32,000 nt of DNA from the NCBI RefSeq assembly GCF_001457595.1, contig NZ_LN831039.1, positions 6,420,001 through 6,452,000 of the forward strand, written 5' to 3'. This document shows, piece after piece, positions 26,513 through 32,000 of this stretch. Position 1 is the stretch's first letter. Every line of letters starts with the position of its first letter. Origin of the DNA: Mycolicibacterium smegmatis. Lineage in GTDB: Bacteria; Actinomycetota; Actinomycetes; Mycobacteriales; Mycobacteriaceae. A program made the position numbers and the translations under genes. The notes under the pieces are model-generated. The model saw only the letters and a program-made list of their open reading frames with translations, was not told the origin of the DNA and searched no databases.

Positions 26513-27785
26513 GCTTTGACTCCCTTCAGTTCGGGTTGGGGCGCGGCGCGGACCTTGAGGGTCAGGCTCACCGCGGTGCCGATGACCAGCAGTGCGATGA
26601 CGAACCACAGTCCGGCCCCGGGGTTGTCGGTGACGGATTCGAGCAGGCCCATCACGAACGGGCCGACGAAGCCGCCGAGGATGCCGAGGGTGTTGACCAG
26701 GGCCAGGCCACCGGCGAGTGCGGCGCCGGTGAGCCTCGAGGCCGGCACGGTGAACAGGATCGACTGCACGACGAAGAACGTCGACGCCGCGATGCAGAAC
26801 CCGATGAGGGCGAGCGCGGGTCCGGCGACCGCGCCGATCACGAATCCGACGACCATGGCCGCCATCCCGCCGAACAGCAGCATCCGGGACCTGCGCCCGT
26901 CGGTGGCGTGCCGCGGCAGGACCAGCGTGCCGATCGCCGCCGCGACCCACGGCAGCGCGGTGAGCAAACCGATTGTCAGATCGGACATCTCGCCCCATCC
27001 GCCGATGATGCCGGGGAGGAAGTAGGTGAGGCTGTACACCGCGATCTGGTGCGTGAAGTAGACGGCGATGACCAGCAGGATCTGCTTGTCTCGGAACACC
27101 CCGGCGAACGAGTGGGTTCCCGATGCGGCGGCGCCTTCGGCCTTCTCGCGTTCCAGACGGTCGACCAGGGCACGTGCGGCCGCCGGTCCAGCCACTTGGC
27201 CTCGAGCGGACCGTTGGGCAGGACCTTGAGCACCACGGCCGCCAGCAGCACCGCGGGGATGCCCTCGATGACGAACATCCACTGCCACCCCTGCCAGCCG
27301 AGCACGCCGTCCATGCCGAGCAGGGCACCACCCACCGGCGCCCCGACGATGTTGGCCAGGCACACCGCGACCAGGAACGCCCCGTTGGCACGCGCTAGTT
27401 GATCGCGGCCGAACCAGTAGGTGAGGTAGAGCATCACGCCCGGGAACAGGCCGGCCTCGGCCGCGCCCAGCAGGATCCGCAGCACGTAGAACGACGCCGG
27501 ACCCTGCACGAACGCCATGGCCGCCGACAGCAGACCCCAGGTGACCATGATGCGGGCGATCCAGATCCGCGCGCCCACGCGGTGCATGATCAGGTTGCTC
27601 GGCACCTCGCACAGCGAGTACGCGAGGAAGAACAGGCCGGCACCCAGACCGTAGGCGGCTGCCGAGATCCCCAGATCGACCTCGAGGTGGTGTTTGGCCA
27701 GCCCGATGTTGGTGCGGTCGATGAACGCGATGATGTACGCCGCGATCAGCAGCGGCATCAATCTGCGAATGATGAGCCTGTCCAA
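26509..27785 (-). pseudogene. MFS transporter (ACS/tartrate-like subfamily) with an apparent -1 frame disruption
   Basis: The N-terminal half is in ORF 26976-27824 (RLIIRRLMPLLIAAYIIAFIDRTNIGLAKHHL...GPLEAKWLD). The C-terminal half continues in ORF 26509-27810 (AAARALVDRLEREKAEG...FRDKQILLVIAVYFTHQ...). The switch lies near 27165-27200. Probable TTG start at 27785. Confidence 0.8.
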
Positions 27786-27852
27786 GACAACGCTCCTTCC
27801 AGACCCCCACTCGGGGGTCGTCACGATTCGATGTGGTTGTCGCTCAGTCGGT

Positions 27853-28911
27853 TCAGGCGGCGAGGTGCGGCCGCATCCTGGGGCAGCCGCACGTGGTTCC
27901 GATGCGCAGTTGGTGGGCGCGCAGCACCGACTGGTAGGAGCCTCCCGCTCCTTCGATGCGGCGGGTCAGCAGTTCGATGGACTGCTCGGCCATCTCACGC
28001 CGAGGCTGGTTGATTGTCGTGAGCTCCACGAGAGGTCCCGGGTAGAGCCCGTCGAAACCCGTGACGGCGACGTCGTCGGGAACGTTGAGGGACCGTTCCC
28101 GCAGTGCGCTGATGGCTCCGAGCGCGATGACGTCGCTGCCGCACACGATCACCCGCGGTAGCGATTTGCGAGCCAGCACCTGTTCGACGGCCTCGTAGCC
28201 GCCGCGCTCGCTGAGGTAGGTGCTGATGCGCTGCGAGGACACCGTCCGGATGCCGTGCGCCTCGGCGGTACGGATGAAACCCTCTTCACGCGCGGCCGAC
28301 GCACTCGACGAGCGCGGCCCGACCACGGTGACGATGTCCTGATAGCCGTGCGTGACAACGTGTTCCATCATCTCCGAGGCCGCGGCACGGTCGTCGATGC
28401 CGACGAAGTCGGCGTCGACGCGCTGGATGCGCCGCGACAACTGCACCAGTGGGATGCGCGCGCTGCGCAACGAACGGATCACCTCGCCGTCGTCGGGGTG
28501 CAGCACGGTGATCACGACCCCGTCGACCTGGCGGGCGATCATCGTGTCGACGATCGACCGCAGCGTCTGCGGGTCCTCCTGTGTGTGCGCGAGGAACACC
28601 TCGTACCCACGGGCCCGCGCGGCGTCGATGGTGCCTGCCGCGATCTCGGTGTAGAAGGGGTTGGCGATGTCGGTCAGGATCAGGCCGATCACCCGCGTCT
28701 GATGCGACCGCAGCCGATCGGCCCGCGCGCTCGAGATGTGCCCGAGCGCTTCGGCCACTTCGAGGATCCTCGCCCGCGTCTGTTCGGATACGCCCGCGCG
28801 TCCGTTCATGACGTAGGAGACGGTCGCCGGTGAGACGCCGACAGCCCGTGCCACGTCGGCCGCCGAGACCCGGGTGGATCGCTGCCGCCGCGACGGGACT
28901 TCTGCACTCAC
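27853..28911 (-). CDS. LacI family transcriptional regulator
   Basis: VSAADVARAVGVSPATVSYVMNGRAGVSEQTRARILEVAEALG HTH followed by a periplasmic-binding-like domain (IGLILTDIANPFY, DFVGIDDRAAA). Confidence 0.93.
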   Translation of the reverse strand: MSAEVPSRRQRSTRVSAADVARAVGVSPATVSYVMNGRAGVSEQTRARILEVAEALGHISSARADRLRSHQTRVIGLILTDIANPFYTEIAAGTIDAARARGYEVFLAHTQEDPQTLRSIVDTMIARQVDGVVITVLHPDDGEVIRSLRSARIPLVQLSRRIQRVDADFVGIDDRAAASEMMEHVVTHGYQDIVTVVGPRSSSASAAREEGFIRTAEAHGIRTVSSQRISTYLSERGGYEAVEQVLARKSLPRVIVCGSDVIALGAISALRERSLNVPDDVAVTGFDGLYPGPLVELTTINQPRREMAEQSIELLTRRIEGAGGSYQSVLRAHQLRIGTTCGCPRMRPHLAA

Positions 28912-28968
28912 TGGTCACCTCCCCCTGCCGTCGTGTGTGTCCGACGTTAAGTGTGATCCAAATCGTTA

Positions 28969-28983
28969 AGCAACGTTAAGTTG
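28969..28983 (+). promoter_or_regulatory. Candidate LacI-type operator, copy 1
   Basis: AGCAACGTTAAGTTG occurs here and as its exact reverse complement at 29083-29097, on either side of the divergent promoter region. Confidence 0.6.
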
Positions 28984-29082
28984 AATTGCAGCCCGATGCC
29001 CAGCTCGCCACCCGCTGTGCTGCGGCTTTCGTGCGAAAAAGTGGGTGCCACCACGCACGCCACCTGAAAATGCCGAAGATCA

Positions 29083-29097
29083 CAACTTAACGTTGCT
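29083..29097 (-). promoter_or_regulatory. Candidate LacI-type operator, copy 2 (inverted)
   Basis: CAACTTAACGTTGCT is the exact reverse complement of 28969-28983. It ends 33 nt before the SMP-30 start codon. Confidence 0.6.
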
Positions 29098-29130
29098 GAA
29101 CATCTTCAGCCCGCCTTAGCGTTCACGCCC

Positions 29131-30033
29131 ATGGGAACCGCGATCAACCGCGACTACTCGATCACCGTCGTCGCCGATCTCAAGACGACCCTCGGTGAGG
29201 GACCGCTGTGGGATACCGAGCAGCAGTTGCTGTACTGGCTCGACAGCGCCGACGGCCGCATCTTCCGCGCGACTGCGGACGGCACGCAGATCCGGGCGTG
29301 GGACGTTCGGGAGAAGATCGGCTCGATGACGCTGTACCGCGACGGCACGGCCGCGCTCACCGCACTCGAAAACGGTCTGTACAGAGTCGATTTCGAAACC
29401 GGCGAGCAGACCGAGGTGCTGGAGTTGGAGCGCGACCTGCCCAGCAACCGGCTCAACGACGGCAAGGTCGACAAGCGCGGCCGGTTCGTGTTCGGGTCGA
29501 TGGACACCCTCGAGGAGTCCCGCAGCGGCAAGCTGTACAGCTACGGCCCCGACGGGACACTGCAGATACTCGACGAGGACATCACCGTCTCGAACGGTCC
29601 GTGCTGGAGCCCCGACGGGCGCACGCTCTACTTCTGTGACACCTGGACCGGCGAGATCTGGTGCTACGACTACGATCTCGATACCGGAAAGGTGTCCAAC
29701 CGGCGCACGTTCGCACGTGTGGACACCAGCGGCGGCGGTGCGGCCGACGGCGCGACCGTCGACGCCGAGGGCTACCTGTGGCAGGCGCTGGTGTACGGCG
29801 GCAAGATCATCCGCTACGCGCCCGACGGCACCGTCGACCACGTCATCGACTTCCCGGTACTGAAACCCACCAGCGTGATGTTCGGCGGGCCCGATCTCGA
29901 CGTCCTCTACGTGACCTCGATGGCGCGCCCGCCGCTGCCGCGGTTCCCCGAGGACGGACAACTGCGCGGCTCCCTGTTCGCCATCCATGGCCTCGGCGTG
30001 CGCGGCGTCCCCGAACCCCGCTTCGGCGCCTGA
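29131..30033 (+). CDS. SMP-30/gluconolactonase/LRE-like family protein
   Basis: LGEGPLWDTEQQLLYWLDSADGRIFR, GRFVFGSMD, NGPCWSPDGRTLYFCDTWTGEIW, PTSVMFGGPDLDVLYVTSM. Confidence 0.92.
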   Translation: MGTAINRDYSITVVADLKTTLGEGPLWDTEQQLLYWLDSADGRIFRATADGTQIRAWDVREKIGSMTLYRDGTAALTALENGLYRVDFETGEQTEVLELERDLPSNRLNDGKVDKRGRFVFGSMDTLEESRSGKLYSYGPDGTLQILDEDITVSNGPCWSPDGRTLYFCDTWTGEIWCYDYDLDTGKVSNRRTFARVDTSGGGAADGATVDAEGYLWQALVYGGKIIRYAPDGTVDHVIDFPVLKPTSVMFGGPDLDVLYVTSMARPPLPRFPEDGQLRGSLFAIHGLGVRGVPEPRFGA

Positions 30034-30058
30034 TCACTTCACAGTCAAGGACATCGGT

Positions 30059-31390
30059 ATGAAAATCGGCTCACGCAGGGTCTCGCTGCGCAACACGCAC
30101 AAGTACTCCTGGGTCTCGCTCGGTGTGTGCTGGCTGATCTGGGTGCTCAACGCCTACGACCGCGAGATCATCCTGCGGCTCGGCCCCACCATCTCCGAGC
30201 ACTTCGACTTCAGCCCCGACACCTGGGGTGCCATCGCATCGCTCATCATGATCTCGCTCGCGGTGCTGGCCATCCCGGGTTCCACGCTCAGCGACCGGTA
30301 CGGCGGCGGCTGGAAACGTGCCCGCTTCCAGGTTCCGCTCGTGATCGGTTACACCGCACTGTCTTTCGTCTCCGGACTGAAGGCCGTCAGCTCGCACGCC
30401 GCGGCGTTCATCGCGCTGCGCGTCGGGGTCAACCTCGGCGCAGGCTGGGGTGAACCGGTCGGCGTCAGCAACACCGCCGAGTGGTGGCCCAAGGAGCGAC
30501 GCGGCTTCGCACTGGGCGCCCACCACACCGGCTATCCGGTCGGATCGCTGCTCAGCGGCCTGGCGGCAGCCGCGGTGATAGCCGCGTTCGGCCCCGAGAA
30601 CTGGTCGTATGCATTGTTCCTCGGCCTGATCGTCGCGGTGCCGCTCATGATCTTCTGGGGCCGCTACTCGACCGCGGAGCGCATCAGCACCCTCTACGAG
30701 GACATCGCCGCCAAGGGACTCACCCCGCCCGAGGGTGACGAGGCACGGGCGGCCTCCGGCGGAAAGGGCCTGATCGGGGCGTGCTTCAAGATCCGCAGCA
30801 TCAATCTCACCGCGCTCACGACGCTGCTCACCCAGGTCGTCTACATGGGCATCAACGTCGTGCTGCCCGCCTACCTGTACAACGTCGTCGGGTTGTCGCT
30901 GGCCGAATCGGCCGGGCTGAGCGTCGTGTTCGCCTTCACCGGCGTCCTGGGGCAGATCTTGTGGCCCACGCTGTCCGACGTCATCGGCCGCAAGTCCACG
31001 ATCATGATCTGTGGCATCTGGATGGCCATCAGCGTCGCATGCTTCTACTTCGCGACGTCGTCAGTGCTCGTCGTCGTGATCCAACTGGCGTTCGGTGTGG
31101 TCGCCAACGCCGTGTGGCCCATCTACTACGCCGCAGCGTCCGACGCCGCACCCGAGGGCGCCGTGTCGACGGCCAACGGGATCATCACCACGGCGATGTT
31201 CATCGGCGGCGGCATCGCCCCGCTGCTCATGGGCAGGCTGATCGCCGTCGGCGGCGGCTGGGAGGCCCACCGCGGCTACATCATCTGCTTCTTCGTGATG
31301 TCGGCCTGCGCGCTGGCCGGCGCACTGCTCCAGATCTTCCTGCGCCGCCCGGCCATCGAGGAAGAGGAGCCCGTGCTCGCGTCTTCGTGA
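30059..31390 (+). CDS. MFS transporter
   Basis: ATG 30059, MKIGSRRVSLRNTHKYSWVSLGVCWLIWVLNAYDREIILRLG. Contains LSDRYGGGWKRARF loop and 12 likely TM segments. Confidence 0.9.
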   Translation: MKIGSRRVSLRNTHKYSWVSLGVCWLIWVLNAYDREIILRLGPTISEHFDFSPDTWGAIASLIMISLAVLAIPGSTLSDRYGGGWKRARFQVPLVIGYTALSFVSGLKAVSSHAAAFIALRVGVNLGAGWGEPVGVSNTAEWWPKERRGFALGAHHTGYPVGSLLSGLAAAAVIAAFGPENWSYALFLGLIVAVPLMIFWGRYSTAERISTLYEDIAAKGLTPPEGDEARAASGGKGLIGACFKIRSINLTALTTLLTQVVYMGINVVLPAYLYNVVGLSLAESAGLSVVFAFTGVLGQILWPTLSDVIGRKSTIMICGIWMAISVACFYFATSSVLVVVIQLAFGVVANAVWPIYYAAASDAAPEGAVSTANGIITTAMFIGGGIAPLLMGRLIAVGGGWEAHRGYIICFFVMSACALAGALLQIFLRRPAIEEEEPVLASS

Positions 31391-31410
31391 CCTCTGACAT
31401 CCGGGAGCGA

Positions 31411-31725
31411 TCAGTCCGTTCCTCCGACGGAACTGTCGAGGGCTCCGCCGGCTTCGTGATCCCGTCGTTCGTAGACATCGGCGGCAGTTCGCAGCCTGTC
31501 CCTGAGGCCTGTCAGATCGGTGCGTAACCGTTCTGCCTGAGAATGAGCGATGTCCACGAACTTGGCGAAACCTGGGGTGCCGGCTTCTTTCCACGCCGTC
31601 GTCTGGCCCGAGATGCCGTCAGCCATCGCCGTACGGCTGGACGAGGCCTCATGCGCAACCACGTCCATCTGGTCGGCCGAGCGGCGCACCTCGGCCGGCG
31701 TCACGTGTAGCTCAGGGTTCGTCAC
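31411..31725 (-). CDS. EspC/DUF2580-like type VII secretion substrate candidate
   Basis: GTG 31725, about 104 aa: VTNPELHVTPAEVRRSADQMDVVAHEAS...TPGFAKFVDIAHSQAERLRTDLTGLRDRLRTAADVYERRDHEAG. It has helical heptad-like character and a C-terminal YxxxD motif (YERRD). Confidence 0.65.
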   Translation of the reverse strand: MTNPELHVTPAEVRRSADQMDVVAHEASSSRTAMADGISGQTTAWKEAGTPGFAKFVDIAHSQAERLRTDLTGLRDRLRTAADVYERRDHEAGGALDSSVGGTD

Positions 31726-32000
31726 GATCCTCCCCTGCCCGTCGTTCTGGTGGGAACAGGTCCAGTTGTGGTCGGCAAGGGCGACGGCGCCGGTGTAGCG
31801 GTGGTGGCCGAACGGCGGCACTCGATTCTTCCGGCAATAACCGACGCTTCCGCAGTCCCGAATACAAGTGTCCGCCCGTCGTCGCTGCTGAACCGCACGT
31901 CGTGATTCCGACTGGCGTTCGCCATCACCGTGACGGTTCCCAGACCGGACTCCCTGGTCAGCCTCTCCACTACCGGGAATGCCGCTGCCCACTCGTCATC
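31722..32000 (-). CDS. Hypothetical protein, truncated by the window edge
   Basis: The frame is open to the window end. Its TGA overlaps the GTG of the EspC-like gene by 4 nt. The C-terminal part is low complexity, so coding status is uncertain. Confidence 0.35.
   Translation of the reverse strand, partial: DDEWAAAFPVVERLTRESGLGTVTVMANASRNHDVRFSSDDGRTLVFGTAEASVIAGRIECRRSATTATPAPSPLPTTTGPVPTRTTGRGGS

Noticed and set aside
25490-27391. 633-aa single ORF on the minus strand
   Set aside because: Only the C-terminal part from 26512 downward is a coherent KPR/PanE protein. The N-terminal half is Arg/Gly-rich wrong-frame translation across the MFS gene.
26399-27402. Plus-strand ORFs 26399-27025 and 26500-27402
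   Set aside because: Antisense to the disrupted MFS gene. There is no domain content, so they do not explain the frame break.
26976-27824. Programmed -1 ribosomal frameshift in the MFS gene
   Set aside because: Near the switch I see no clear heptamer slippery site of X_XXY_YYZ type, only GC-rich sequence. Mutation or sequencing error is simpler, though not excluded without resequencing.

Overview
The window is high-GC actinobacterial chromosome with gene content and order typical of a rapidly growing, Mycolicibacterium smegmatis-like mycobacterium. This assignment comes from protein recognition, not a database search. Anchors are a core block resembling the M. tuberculosis Rv3772-Rv3783 neighbourhood: hisC2, an echA21-like hydratase, tRNA-Ser(TGA), a quinone oxidoreductase, a class V aminotransferase, the proteasome activator bpa, and the galactan initiation/export genes wzt-glfT1-wzm, plus an Rv3789-like GtrA protein. 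Between and around these lie accessory modules. (1) An HxlR-divergent operon has two tandem imine-reductase-like genes followed by an alkylsulfatase. (2) A segment at about 11.6-14.9 kb encodes a small secreted protein, an AraC regulator, a cysteine-rich lipoprotein with near-identical 77-aa repeats, and a translationally coupled membrane-anchored trypsin-like protease. This is the best candidate for an undescribed system. (3) A LacI-type regulated catabolic cluster has BKACE/DUF849, ketopantoate-reductase-like, a frame-disrupted MFS gene, SMP-30 lactonase and a second MFS. (4) An EspC-like type VII secretion substrate lies at the right edge. Three tRNAs are present: Arg-ACG, Ser-GCT and Ser-TGA. 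I saw no CRISPR array, transposase, integrase or rRNA. Start codons are refined by homology, overlap and Shine-Dalgarno (SD) reasoning and remain unverified.
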